Source: Actinomycetota bacterium (GTDB lineage Bacteria > Actinomycetota > UBA4738 > HRBIN12). From it: a stretch of 64,000 bases of DNA. Each line of letters opens with the position of its first letter. Within the stretch, counting starts at the first letter, position 1. The stretch lies in the NCBI GenBank assembly GCA_046724395.1, contig JBKOWM010000020.1, positions 12 through 64,011 of the forward strand, written 5' to 3'. Under the pieces are notes generated by a model. The model was not told the DNA's origin and did no database searches. It saw only the letters and a program-made list of their open reading frames with translations. Below are positions 47,196-56,239 of this stretch, piece after piece. The translations under genes were made by a program, and so were the position numbers.

Positions 47196-48592
47196 CGCAC
47201 CCGCTCTCCTTCGAATCGATCGGCCCGACCGGCCAAGAACGCGGCGACTCGGTCCGCCGCCACGGCACCCTGACGAACGGCGTCGGGAACGCCGGCGCCG
47301 CGATACGCCTGCCCCGCGAGGACGAGACCCTCGGGAAGCGACTGCTCGATCCGCTCGACGCGCTCCAGATGCCCGACCACGTACTGCGGCATCGCCGCGG
47401 GCCATCGCACCACGGCCGAGGCCTCCGGGCGCTCGGGCAGCGGCAGCAGGGCCGCGAGCTGCCGCGCTACTCCATCGACGATGTCGTCGTCCGGCTGGGC
47501 GACGAGGTCCTCGACGCCGGCGGCGCCGACGAAGCACCGCACGACGGCTCGGGAGCCGAACGACGGATCGGGCCATTTCCTGGACACGATCGTGCACGCG
47601 GTCATGGCCAGGCGGCCCCGCGGAACGACGAACCCCGACGAGTCGGGGAGCGGGTCGTTCGTTCCCTCGCCGTACACGAGCTGGACGACGGCCGTGTCGA
47701 CGTGCCGGATCGCTTGCAGCTCCGGCGCCGCCGCGGGGGCGACGTGCGCGAGCAGGCGCGCCGTCGCAAACGCGGGCGAGGTGACGACGACGGCGTCGGC
47801 GTCGATGTCGCCGTCCGGCGCCGACACCACGTATGAGTCACCGGATCGCCGCAGTGATGTTGCGGGCGCTCCCGTGCGAATCCGTGCCGCGCCGATTCGG
47901 GCACCGAGCGCCGAAGGAAGGCGCCCGAGCCCGCCGCGCAGTCGGACGAACATGGGAACCGGCGTTGCGCGCCGGGACGCGGCGACCGCGGCCCGCGCCC
48001 CCCTCAGGAGGCTGCCGTGTTCGCGCTCCCAGTCGGCGAGCACCGGAAACGTCGCCCGAACGCCGAGCCGGTCGACGTCCCCCGCGAACAGTCCTCCGAG
48101 CAGGGGCGCCACGAGCGCGTCGGTTGCCTCGTCCCCGATCCGGCGGCGGAGCAGCGCACCGAGGGACTCGTCGCCGTGGTCGGCGCGAGGCTTCGTTATG
48201 AGATCGAGCGCCGCTCGAAGCTTTCCTCGCTGTGACATTCCGGGCCATCGCCACAGCTCGAGCGGATCGGTCGGTATACCGAACGGACCCGACGGGAACG
48301 GAACGAGCCCGCGGCGGGTGAATAGGTGCGTCCGCGACGTCGCCGCCGGAAGGAGATCCGCGCCCATCCCGAGCTCGCGAACGAGATCGACGGCCCACGG
48401 CTTGCGGAACAGAAGTGAATCGGGACCCGCCTCGACCTGCACGCCGGCCACTTCGATCGACGCGATCTTGCCGCCGATTCGTCCATCCCTCTCGAGGACA
48501 ACGACATCGGCCTCGGGGTCTGCAGTCCGGATCCGATGGGCGGCGACGAGACCGGAAATGCCCGCGCCCACGACGACGATGCGCCCGCTCAC
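47192..48592 (-). CDS. cgoX: coproporphyrinogen III oxidase / protoporphyrinogen oxidase (HemY-type)
   Basis: FAD Rossmann 'RIVVVGAGISGLVAA', 'ERDGRIGGKI'. GTG 48592 overlaps the cpfC stop (GTGA) with 'GAGGAG' 8 nt upstream. Confidence 0.85.
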   Translation of the reverse strand: MSGRIVVVGAGISGLVAAHRIRTADPEADVVVLERDGRIGGKIASIEVAGVQVEAGPDSLLFRKPWAVDLVRELGMGADLLPAATSRTHLFTRRGLVPFPSGPFGIPTDPLELWRWPGMSQRGKLRAALDLITKPRADHGDESLGALLRRRIGDEATDALVAPLLGGLFAGDVDRLGVRATFPVLADWEREHGSLLRGARAAVAASRRATPVPMFVRLRGGLGRLPSALGARIGAARIRTGAPATSLRRSGDSYVVSAPDGDIDADAVVVTSPAFATARLLAHVAPAAAPELQAIRHVDTAVVQLVYGEGTNDPLPDSSGFVVPRGRLAMTACTIVSRKWPDPSFGSRAVVRCFVGAAGVEDLVAQPDDDIVDGVARQLAALLPLPERPEASAVVRWPAAMPQYVVGHLERVERIEQSLPEGLVLAGQAYRGAGVPDAVRQGAVAADRVAAFLAGRADRFEGERVR

Positions 48593-49566
48593 CCTCCGAA
48601 CTCCTCGACGAACGCACGACGCGCGACGTTTGCTAGGACGCGCACGAACTCCGGGTCCGCGTTCGGCATCTGGGTGCGAGCGAACGCCATCCCCGCATCC
48701 TCGGCGACCTGCCGCGCCTCGATGTCGACGTCGTAGAGGATCTCGAGGTGGTCCGCCACGAAGCCGGCAGGGCACACGACGATGCCGCCTCGTCCGGAGC
48801 CGCCCAGATCGGCGATGACGTCTTCGAGCGGCGGCCCCCACCATGGGTCGGACGTCCGCCCCGCACTCTGCCAGGCCGTCGTCCAGTCGGTCACCCCAGT
48901 GCTGAGCGCGACGAGCTCGGCTGTCTCGCGCAGGCCCGCGTGGTATCGGCACCCCGTCTTGCAGAGGTCGGCGTCGCAGGACTTGCACCGCCGTGATCCG
49001 TCGTCGTCCGTACGCACCGGAAGGCTGTGCGCCGAGAAGACGACCGCGGTGGCGTCCCGGACATCGTCCGGGATCATGGCGAGCGCGGCCGTAACGCGAC
49101 TCGACAGGAATCGGACGAAGGCGGGCTCGTCGTGGAAACTCCGGACGAACGCGAACGCCGGACCCTCGCCGCCGGCGGCCTCGCGGACGCGGTCGATGTA
49201 CGTCTCCACCGACATCCCGGACCAGTGTGGAGCCATCACGACGCCGACGGCCCGTTCGATGCCCTCGGTCGTCATGGTCTCGACCGTCTCGTGGATGAAC
49301 GGCGGCGAGTGCTTCATCCCGAGGTACGCCACGTAGTCGTCGTCCTCGGTCTCGTTCAGCACGCGCTCGAGTCCCGCGGCCTGCTCGCGCGTGATGTCGA
49401 GCAGCGGGAAGCGATTGCCGATCGCGGCGTACCGCTCGCGAAGCTCGGCGAGCTGCTCGGGCGCCGGCGGGCGGCCCCCACGGATGTCGGTGTAGTAGCG
49501 CTCGACGTCGTCCGGCCCGCTCGCAGTGCCGTACGCCATCACCAGGACGCCGATCGGCCCGTTCAC
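48589..49566 (-). CDS. cpfC: coproporphyrin ferrochelatase
   Basis: 'IGVLVMAYGTASGPDDVERYYTDI', 'VVFSAHSLP', 'HLEILYDVDIEA'. GTG 49566 overlaps the hemE stop (GTGA). Confidence 0.85.
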   Translation of the reverse strand: MNGPIGVLVMAYGTASGPDDVERYYTDIRGGRPPAPEQLAELRERYAAIGNRFPLLDITREQAAGLERVLNETEDDDYVAYLGMKHSPPFIHETVETMTTEGIERAVGVVMAPHWSGMSVETYIDRVREAAGGEGPAFAFVRSFHDEPAFVRFLSSRVTAALAMIPDDVRDATAVVFSAHSLPVRTDDDGSRRCKSCDADLCKTGCRYHAGLRETAELVALSTGVTDWTTAWQSAGRTSDPWWGPPLEDVIADLGGSGRGGIVVCPAGFVADHLEILYDVDIEARQVAEDAGMAFARTQMPNADPEFVRVLANVARRAFVEEFGG

Positions 49567-50606
49567 ACCGCGGTCCGCTCGCTCTCGATGTGCACTAGAT
49601 CGACGACGCGCTGGACGTTCTCCACCGGCGTGTGCGGCAGCACGCCGTGCCCAAGGTTGAAGACGTGCCCGTCGCGTCCGCCGGCGCGCTTCAGGACGCG
49701 CCGGGCATCGTCGGCGAGCGACTCCCACGGTCCGAGGAGCGCCACGGGGTCGAGATTCCCCTGCACGGCGCGGTCCGGGCCGATCCGCTCCCACGCGACG
49801 TCGAGCGGCACGCGCCAGTCCACGCCGATGGCATCGCCACCCGCCCGGCGCATCGCGCCGAGCAGCTCGCCGGTTCCGACGCCGAAGTGAATGGTCGGCA
49901 CCCCGAGTGCCGACAGGCGGTCGAAGAGGGATCGCATGACCGGCTGCACGCGGGCGACGTAGTCGTCGACGGAGACGGATCCGACCCAGCTGTCGAAGAC
50001 CTGCACGGCCTGGACACCGGCCTCGATCTGCCGGCGCAGGTGCGCAACGGTGAGATCACCAAGCCACTCGAGGAGCGACCGCCAGGTGTCCGAGTCGGAT
50101 CGCATGAACGCGCGCGTTCGGTCGTGCGTGCGCGAGGGGCCGCCGTCGACGAGATATGCGGCCAGCGTGAATGGCGCGCCGGCAAAGCCGATGAGCGGGA
50201 CGTCGAGCTCCTTGCGCAAGAGGCGCACCGCCTCGAGGACGTACGGAACCTCCGCCTCCGGTTCGAGCCGACGCAATCGCGCGACGTCCGCGCGCGATCG
50301 AAGCGGCTCGGCGACGACGGGTCCAGTCCCGGGCTCGACTCGGACGTCGACACCGAGCGCCTCGACCGGCACCATGATGTCGGAGAACAGGATCGCGGCG
50401 TCGAATTCGAATCGGCGCAGCGGCTGCATCGTGATCTCGACGGCGAGATCCGGGTGCCTGACGGCCTCGAGAATGTCGTCGTTCCGACGCAGCTCTCGGT
50501 ATTCGGGGAGGTACCTGCCGGCCTGCCGCATGAACCACACCGGCGTGCGGTCGACCGACTGCCGCCGGCACGCGCGCAGGAACCGATCGTTCACGGGGGG
50601 CGACAT
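49563..50606 (-). CDS. hemE: uroporphyrinogen decarboxylase
   Basis: 'NDRFLRACRRQSVDRTPVWFMRQAGRYLPEY' N-terminal signature. ATG 50606 chosen by homolog-like N-terminus; upstream in-frame Met codons exist. Confidence 0.9.
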   Translation of the reverse strand: MSPPVNDRFLRACRRQSVDRTPVWFMRQAGRYLPEYRELRRNDDILEAVRHPDLAVEITMQPLRRFEFDAAILFSDIMVPVEALGVDVRVEPGTGPVVAEPLRSRADVARLRRLEPEAEVPYVLEAVRLLRKELDVPLIGFAGAPFTLAAYLVDGGPSRTHDRTRAFMRSDSDTWRSLLEWLGDLTVAHLRRQIEAGVQAVQVFDSWVGSVSVDDYVARVQPVMRSLFDRLSALGVPTIHFGVGTGELLGAMRRAGGDAIGVDWRVPLDVAWERIGPDRAVQGNLDPVALLGPWESLADDARRVLKRAGGRDGHVFNLGHGVLPHTPVENVQRVVDLVHIESERTAV

Positions 50607-50663
50607 CACCACGCCCAGCATACGAACAGGCATGCGAAGCGGCCCAGCTCTTACGATCCCGGC

Positions 50664-51503
50664 GTGGATCACCGGCGCGCGCTCGACGATCTCGTCGCCT
50701 GGGCGTCCTCGAACGACAACATCCGCCTCCTCGTGCTGACCGGATCACTGGCTCGAAACCCCGAGGAGTCCGATCCGCTGTCCGACGTCGACGTCGAGTT
50801 GTACGTGCGCCAGCCCGCGACGCTCCTGGAATCGCGGTACTGGTACTCAACTTTCGGCGACGTCCTGGCCGTGGAGGAACTCGAGAACGAGGGATGGCAC
50901 CCGACGCGGCTCGTGTACTACGTCGACGGCAAGATCGACTTCATGATCGCCCCGGTGAACGCCCTCGACCAGGGCGTTTCGTACGTCCGCGGCTTCCGCG
51001 TGCTGATCGACAAGGACGGGCTCGGCGCGCGGCTGAGCGGCGACGCGGCGAGCGCGACGCCGCCGACGGCAGAGGAGTTCCGCAGGTGCGTCGACTGGTT
51101 CGCCGCGGCCGCGATCATGACCGCCAAGGCCGTCGTGCGGGACGAGCCGTGGATGGCCAAGCGTCGCGACGAGGACCTCAAAGAGGAGCTGCTGCGGATG
51201 ACCGAGTGGGATCACCGCTCGAGGCATGGATGGGGGTTCGACACCTGGCACCTCGGCGTTCACATGCGTACATGGATGGACGCCGACGTCCAGGCATCGC
51301 TCGAGCGCTGTTGGGGGCGGTTCGCGCTCGGGGAGACGGCGGCCGCGCTGGAGGCGTCAATTCGACTGTTCGAGCGCCTGGGGCGCCGGACCGCGAACGC
51401 GCTCGGCGTAGGCGGCTTCGACCTGCGGCCGGTTCGGACGGAAGTCGACCGCATCCTTCTCCTTCCTCGGCAACTTCCTCGGCATTCCCCGGGGCCGCCG
51501 TGA
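50664..51503 (+). CDS. ANT(6)/AadK-like nucleotidyltransferase
   Basis: 'NDNIRLLVLTGSLARNPEESDPLSDVDVELYV' and the C-terminal 'EFRRCVDWFAAAAIMTAKAVVRDEPWMAKRRDEDLKEELLRM' pattern. GTG 50664; divergent from hemE. Confidence 0.7.
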   Translation: MDHRRALDDLVAWASSNDNIRLLVLTGSLARNPEESDPLSDVDVELYVRQPATLLESRYWYSTFGDVLAVEELENEGWHPTRLVYYVDGKIDFMIAPVNALDQGVSYVRGFRVLIDKDGLGARLSGDAASATPPTAEEFRRCVDWFAAAAIMTAKAVVRDEPWMAKRRDEDLKEELLRMTEWDHRSRHGWGFDTWHLGVHMRTWMDADVQASLERCWGRFALGETAAALEASIRLFERLGRRTANALGVGGFDLRPVRTEVDRILLLPRQLPRHSPGPP

Positions 51504-51640
51504 GGGGTCCGCGCCAACCCGCGGCTCAGGCGGCCCCGGCCGGGGCGGCGGACCGGTAGGTAACCTCCGGGAGCCCGTCCGATGACGCAACGTCGTCGCC
51601 GACTTTCGCTCTGTGTCCAGACGGTGTAGACCTTCTGCGC

Positions 51641-53770
51641 ATGGCCGGTCGGACACACTCCGTCATGAGGTACGTCCCCGTCGACCTAACGAAGACGGAA
51701 CGGCGGCGGCGGCCGACGGGTACGCCGGCGCCGTTGCCCAAGAGCATCGGGCTCAGCGGCCGGCTTTGGGTTGCGGCGGCACTGATCATCGTGGTCTCGG
51801 GCTCCCTCTGGCTTCACGTCTCGGCAGGACCCCTCGATCGTTTCGATGCTGCACTGACGCGCCCCATCGTGGCGCTTCGCACCGACTGGCTCGATGCGCT
51901 GGCCAGAAGCCTGAACTCGGTCGGCTCGCGATGGGGACTCGGTGGGCTCGGCGTCACCGTCGCTGCGCTCGCGATCGTCTTCCGGCGTTTTCGCCACCTC
52001 ATCGTGTTCCTCATCAGTCTCGCGCTGCTGCATCTCGGCTTGGACGCTCTTAACGTCGTCGCTGCGCGCGTGAGACCGCTCGACGTAACGCAGATCGGCG
52101 CCTGGGAGGGCTACTCGGCTCCATCCCGGCCGATCGCAGTTCTGACCGCGCTTGCGATCGCGTTCGCCTTCATGCTCGTTGTGCCAGGGAGGCCGCGCTG
52201 GTACGCGAAACTCGTGATCGTCTTCGGCATCACCGCGGTCGGGCTCCTTCGTATCTACCTGGGCATCGATCATCCAACCGACGTCATGTTCGGGGCGATC
52301 GTAGGTGTGGCCATTCCGATCGCGATGTTCCGGGCGTTCGTTCCCAACGATGTGTTCCCCGTGACGTACCAGCGTCGAGGGAAGGCGGCCCATCTCGACG
52401 TCGGTGGACGCCGCGGAGACGCAATCCGCCGCGCGATGCAGGACCAGCTCGGATTCTCGGTGCTCGACATGAAGCCGGTCGGACTCGCCGCCTCCGGCGG
52501 TTCCACACCGCTCAAGCTGACGGTGATCGATGAGAACGGCGATGAGCGCTCGATCTTCGCGAAGCTCTACGCGAAGAATCACGTCCGCGCCGACCGTTGG
52601 TACAAGCTCGGCCGCGCGATGCTCTATGGGGGGCTGGAAGACGAAACGCCGTTCAAGACGGTTCGACGTTTCGTCGAGTACGAGGATTACACGCTCAGGC
52701 TGCTGGGCGAGTTCGGCTTCCCCACGCCGGCACCCTTCGGCGTCGTCGAGATCACGCCGGAGCGCGAGTACTTGATCGCGATGGAATTCTTCGAGGACGC
52801 CGAGGAGATCGGAAGTGCCCCTGTCGACGACCAGGTCATCGACGAGGGATTGCAGCTCGTCCGGCGTCTGTGGCACGTCGGCCTTGCACACCGTGACATC
52901 AAGCCGGCGAATCTCATGGTCCAAGGCGGCCATCTGCGCCTGATCGATGTCTTCTTCGTCCAGGTACGTCCCTCACCTTGGCGGCAAGCCGTCGATCTCG
53001 CGAACATGATGCTGGTCCTTGCCCTGCGCTCGGATGCCGAGACGGTCTACCGGCGGGCTCTGCAGTACTTCACACCCGACGATCTGGCAGAGGCGTTCGC
53101 CGCTACGCGCGGCGTGGCAAGCCCCACGCAGCTGCGATCGCTCATGAAGCAGGATCGGCCCGAACTCCTGGAGGAGTTCCGGAGGCTTGCTCCAGCACGC
53201 CGGCCGATCCAAATTCAGCGGTGGAGCTTCAGACGCGTCGGCTTGATCGCGTTGAGCCTGCTCGTCGTCGTTCTTGCCGCGTCGTTCGCGGTTGAATTGT
53301 TCTTCCCAAGTCGCGGACAGGTGCTGACGCCCTCGTGCGATACCGATCGAGCGATGATCCTCATGGCACAGGCGGTGCCGTCGGCTACGGAACTGCCGTG
53401 TATCCGCCGTCTCCCGCTCGGCTGGGAGCTCTCGAACGCCACCATCGTGCGCGGGCGGGCGACCATCACGATGGGCGTCGGCGGCGGCACGGGTGTGATC
53501 GTCCAGGTCGGTCGGGCGCCCGTCGAGCCACTCGTCGAGGTGACGCTCTCGGCGAATTGCACAACGCCCGACGGCGCAGGCGGTACTCGAATCATCCGCG
53601 CGGAGGGCGGATGCATCGAGTACACAGCGTCGATCCGGACAAACGACGACGTCATCCCATCATTCGAGTCCGGCGGAGGGCTCGCAACGATGCCACGCTC
53701 TACGCTCGTTTCCTTTGTCGCAAACGAGGAGGAGTTAAAACTCTGCGGCGCCGGCGTCTCGTGTCCGTAG
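51641..53770 (+). CDS. membrane protein: PAP2-like domain + eukaryotic-type kinase-like domain + TM + Cys-rich extracytoplasmic domain
   Basis: PAP2 motif 3 'LRIYLGIDHPTDV', motif 1-like 'ARVRP', motif 2 degenerate. Kinase catalytic loop 'HRDIKPANLMV', with 'IDVFF' where DFG is expected. TM 'RVGLIALSLLVVVLAASFAV', then about 190 aa with 7 Cys. Confidence 0.75.
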   Translation: MAGRTHSVMRYVPVDLTKTERRRRPTGTPAPLPKSIGLSGRLWVAAALIIVVSGSLWLHVSAGPLDRFDAALTRPIVALRTDWLDALARSLNSVGSRWGLGGLGVTVAALAIVFRRFRHLIVFLISLALLHLGLDALNVVAARVRPLDVTQIGAWEGYSAPSRPIAVLTALAIAFAFMLVVPGRPRWYAKLVIVFGITAVGLLRIYLGIDHPTDVMFGAIVGVAIPIAMFRAFVPNDVFPVTYQRRGKAAHLDVGGRRGDAIRRAMQDQLGFSVLDMKPVGLAASGGSTPLKLTVIDENGDERSIFAKLYAKNHVRADRWYKLGRAMLYGGLEDETPFKTVRRFVEYEDYTLRLLGEFGFPTPAPFGVVEITPEREYLIAMEFFEDAEEIGSAPVDDQVIDEGLQLVRRLWHVGLAHRDIKPANLMVQGGHLRLIDVFFVQVRPSPWRQAVDLANMMLVLALRSDAETVYRRALQYFTPDDLAEAFAATRGVASPTQLRSLMKQDRPELLEEFRRLAPARRPIQIQRWSFRRVGLIALSLLVVVLAASFAVELFFPSRGQVLTPSCDTDRAMILMAQAVPSATELPCIRRLPLGWELSNATIVRGRATITMGVGGGTGVIVQVGRAPVEPLVEVTLSANCTTPDGAGGTRIIRAEGGCIEYTASIRTNDDVIPSFESGGGLATMPRSTLVSFVANEEELKLCGAGVSCP

Positions 53771-53796
53771 ACGCGTCATGACGACGGACTCTCGGT

Positions 53797-54489
53797 GTGG
53801 GTCCCAGGACGTGGCGGAGCAGTGGACTTCTGTTGAACCTTGACGATGAGCGCCGGCGCTTCGAGCGCGCTCACGATCCCAGGCGCGTGATGGCCCTGTC
53901 GGACGGTGTGTTCGCGATCATCATCACGCTGCTTGTGCTCGAGATTCGGATCCCCGATCTTACGGACGGGAAGCGCCTCGCCGATGCGTTGCGGGAGATT
54001 CGGCCCTCGTTCGTCGCGTTCGTGATCAGCTTCCTTGTCGTCGCGATAGCATGGACGTCACACCGCGATCTGTTCTCCTTCGTTCGCCTCACGGACCGAA
54101 ATTTGGTGTGGCTAAACGTGCTCTACTTGCTACCGCTCACGCTGCTTCCGTTCGGTGCCGCCCTGATCTCTCGGTACGGTGACCAAACCGTCGCCCTGAC
54201 CCTGTACGGCGTGCTGTTGCTGGCAATCGCGCTAACCAGGCTTGTCATCTGGTTGTACGCGACCAACCGGCCGCAACTGCTGTTCGAGCCGATCGACCGG
54301 CGGTCGCGGAGGGTGGGCGTCTTGACGGTCGTTGTGCCTGCTGGGCTTTGTGTCGTGGCGATCCTGCTGGCGGGGACCGCGCCGACTGTGAGCCTGTCGA
54401 TCTACGCGGGCGTTCCCTTGCTGTACTTCGTGGTGCTGTTTCTCACCCGGGGCAATCCGGCGACGGCAGCCCAGCGCGAGCTGCCCTGA
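53797..54489 (+). CDS. TMEM175/DUF1211-family putative K+ channel
   Basis: 'RVMALSDGVFAIIITLLVLEIRIP' DUF1211 signature helix; 6 TM. GTG start. Confidence 0.75.
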   Translation: MGPRTWRSSGLLLNLDDERRRFERAHDPRRVMALSDGVFAIIITLLVLEIRIPDLTDGKRLADALREIRPSFVAFVISFLVVAIAWTSHRDLFSFVRLTDRNLVWLNVLYLLPLTLLPFGAALISRYGDQTVALTLYGVLLLAIALTRLVIWLYATNRPQLLFEPIDRRSRRVGVLTVVVPAGLCVVAILLAGTAPTVSLSIYAGVPLLYFVVLFLTRGNPATAAQRELP

Positions 54490-54531
54490 ACCGCCTCGGC
54501 GGGCCCGGGCCTCGGATGCGATGCTCCGTGC

Positions 54532-56196
54532 GTGAAGTGGCTGCTGCTGCGTCTCGGCCGGCCGGCGAGCGCCGTCCAGAGCGTCATACGCAACCGTGAT
54601 CTGCGACGCGCCGAGCTGGCGTTTCTCGCCTTCAACGTTGCGGAACCGGCAACATGGATCGCGATTCTCGTGTACGCCTTCGATCGTGGTGGCACGGCCG
54701 CGGCTGGCATCGTCACGCTGGTGCTGCTGGCGCCGGCGGCCGTCGTCGCCCCGATCGCCGCCGCGCTCGGCGATAGGCACTCGCGGAGACGCGTGGTCGC
54801 GATCGGTTACACGCTGCAGGCGGGGGCGACGGCCGCAACCGGGATCGCGATGGTTGCGGACGCGCCTGCGATCCTGGTGTACGCGGTTGCGACGATCGCG
54901 ATGGCGACGTACACAACCGGCCGTCCCGGTCACCACTCGCTGCTGCCAAAACTCGCCTCTTCGCCCGACGAGCTCGCGGCCGCAAACTCGGTTTCGTCGC
55001 TAGTCGAGGGATTGGGCGGCACCGCCGGAACGGCCGGCGTGGCCGTGCTTCTGGCGGCGACGTCCGTCGGCGTCGCATACCTCGTGATGGCCGCCATCCT
55101 CGGCCTCGGGGCGCTCCTCGCGTACGGCGTCCGGGTCGTGCACGACACGAGGCCCCCGAACCGCACGGTCGGTCCGTGGTCGTTCGCCGTCGACGCGGTG
55201 ACGGGGCTTCTCGCAATTGCCCGAGTGCGTGGAGCGGGCGCATTGCTGACCGTCGCAGCGGCGATGGCGCTCGTGTGGGGTACGTTCGACGTCCTCCTCG
55301 TGACGCTCGCGTTCGATCGCCTCGGGATCGGCGCGGCGGGTGTGGGCGCCCTTCACACCTCGATCGCGGTGGGCGTCCTGCTCGGCGCCGCAGGATCGGT
55401 CGCCTTGGTCGGGCGGTCTCGGATCTCACCGACGCTGCTCGGCGGCGCCGTCGTCATGGGTGCCAGCATCGCCGTACTCGGGTTCGGGGACACCGTCGCC
55501 GCTGCTGTGCTCGCGTCGGGCGTAGCCGGGGCGGCGACGACCGTGCTCGACGTCGCCGGGCGGACGTTGCTCCAACGCGCCATCGACGACTCGCTGCTCG
55601 CTCGCGTGTTCGGAGCGATCGAGTCGCTCTGGATGATCGGCTTCGGCGTCGGCGGACCGGTCGCGGCGGCGCTGGTATCGCTGTTTGGCCTCAGCGCTTC
55701 CTTCGTGGTCGCGTCCGCAGTCGTGCCTCTGATCACGCTGTTGGGGTTCCGCGCGCTCGACCGCCTGGAGCAACAGGTCGTCGTTCCGACCCGGCAACTC
55801 GAGCTCATCTCGGCGCTCCCGATGTTCGGACCTCTGCCGAAGAGCGACGTCGAACGCGTGGCGCGCCAGCTCGATCGGCTCAACGTCGTCCGTGGGACCG
55901 ACGTGATCCGGCAAGGTGATGTCGGCGACCGCTTCTACGTAGTCGACGCCGGCGCGTTCGAGGTCCTTACGGACGGCCGCTTCGTCGCGTCACTGTCGGA
56001 GGGCGATCACTTCGGCGAGATCGCGCTACTCAAGGATGTGCTGCGGACGGCGACGGTCCGCGCGACGGTGGACAGCACGGTGTGGGCGCTCGACCAGGAG
56101 GAATTCCTCGCGACGGTCACGGGGATGCCGCAGGCGAAAAGGGCTGCCCACGCGATCTCGGCGGAGCGCCTCCGCGCGAGTTCCCGACGTGAGTAG
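54532..56196 (+). CDS. MFS transporter fused to a C-terminal cyclic-nucleotide-binding domain
   Basis: About 12 TM; C-terminus 'ALPMFGPLPKSDVERVARQLDRLNVVRGTDVIRQGDVGDRFYVVDAGAFEV...GDHFGEIALLKDVLRTATVRA' is a CAP-type beta-roll. GTG 54532. Confidence 0.8.
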   Translation: MKWLLLRLGRPASAVQSVIRNRDLRRAELAFLAFNVAEPATWIAILVYAFDRGGTAAAGIVTLVLLAPAAVVAPIAAALGDRHSRRRVVAIGYTLQAGATAATGIAMVADAPAILVYAVATIAMATYTTGRPGHHSLLPKLASSPDELAAANSVSSLVEGLGGTAGTAGVAVLLAATSVGVAYLVMAAILGLGALLAYGVRVVHDTRPPNRTVGPWSFAVDAVTGLLAIARVRGAGALLTVAAAMALVWGTFDVLLVTLAFDRLGIGAAGVGALHTSIAVGVLLGAAGSVALVGRSRISPTLLGGAVVMGASIAVLGFGDTVAAAVLASGVAGAATTVLDVAGRTLLQRAIDDSLLARVFGAIESLWMIGFGVGGPVAAALVSLFGLSASFVVASAVVPLITLLGFRALDRLEQQVVVPTRQLELISALPMFGPLPKSDVERVARQLDRLNVVRGTDVIRQGDVGDRFYVVDAGAFEVLTDGRFVASLSEGDHFGEIALLKDVLRTATVRATVDSTVWALDQEEFLATVTGMPQAKRAAHAISAERLRASSRRE

Positions 56197-56239
56197 CGGT
56201 GAGTGGAGCCGATGTTCCGGAACCTGTCGCGCGGCCGAG

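Noticed and set aside
46536-49794. Extended N-termini of the ORF-track entries for chdC, cgoX and cpfC
   Set aside because: Upstream extensions read through the preceding gene in another frame. Conserved N-terminal motifs and GTGA/ATGA coupling place the starts at 47195, 48592 and 49566.
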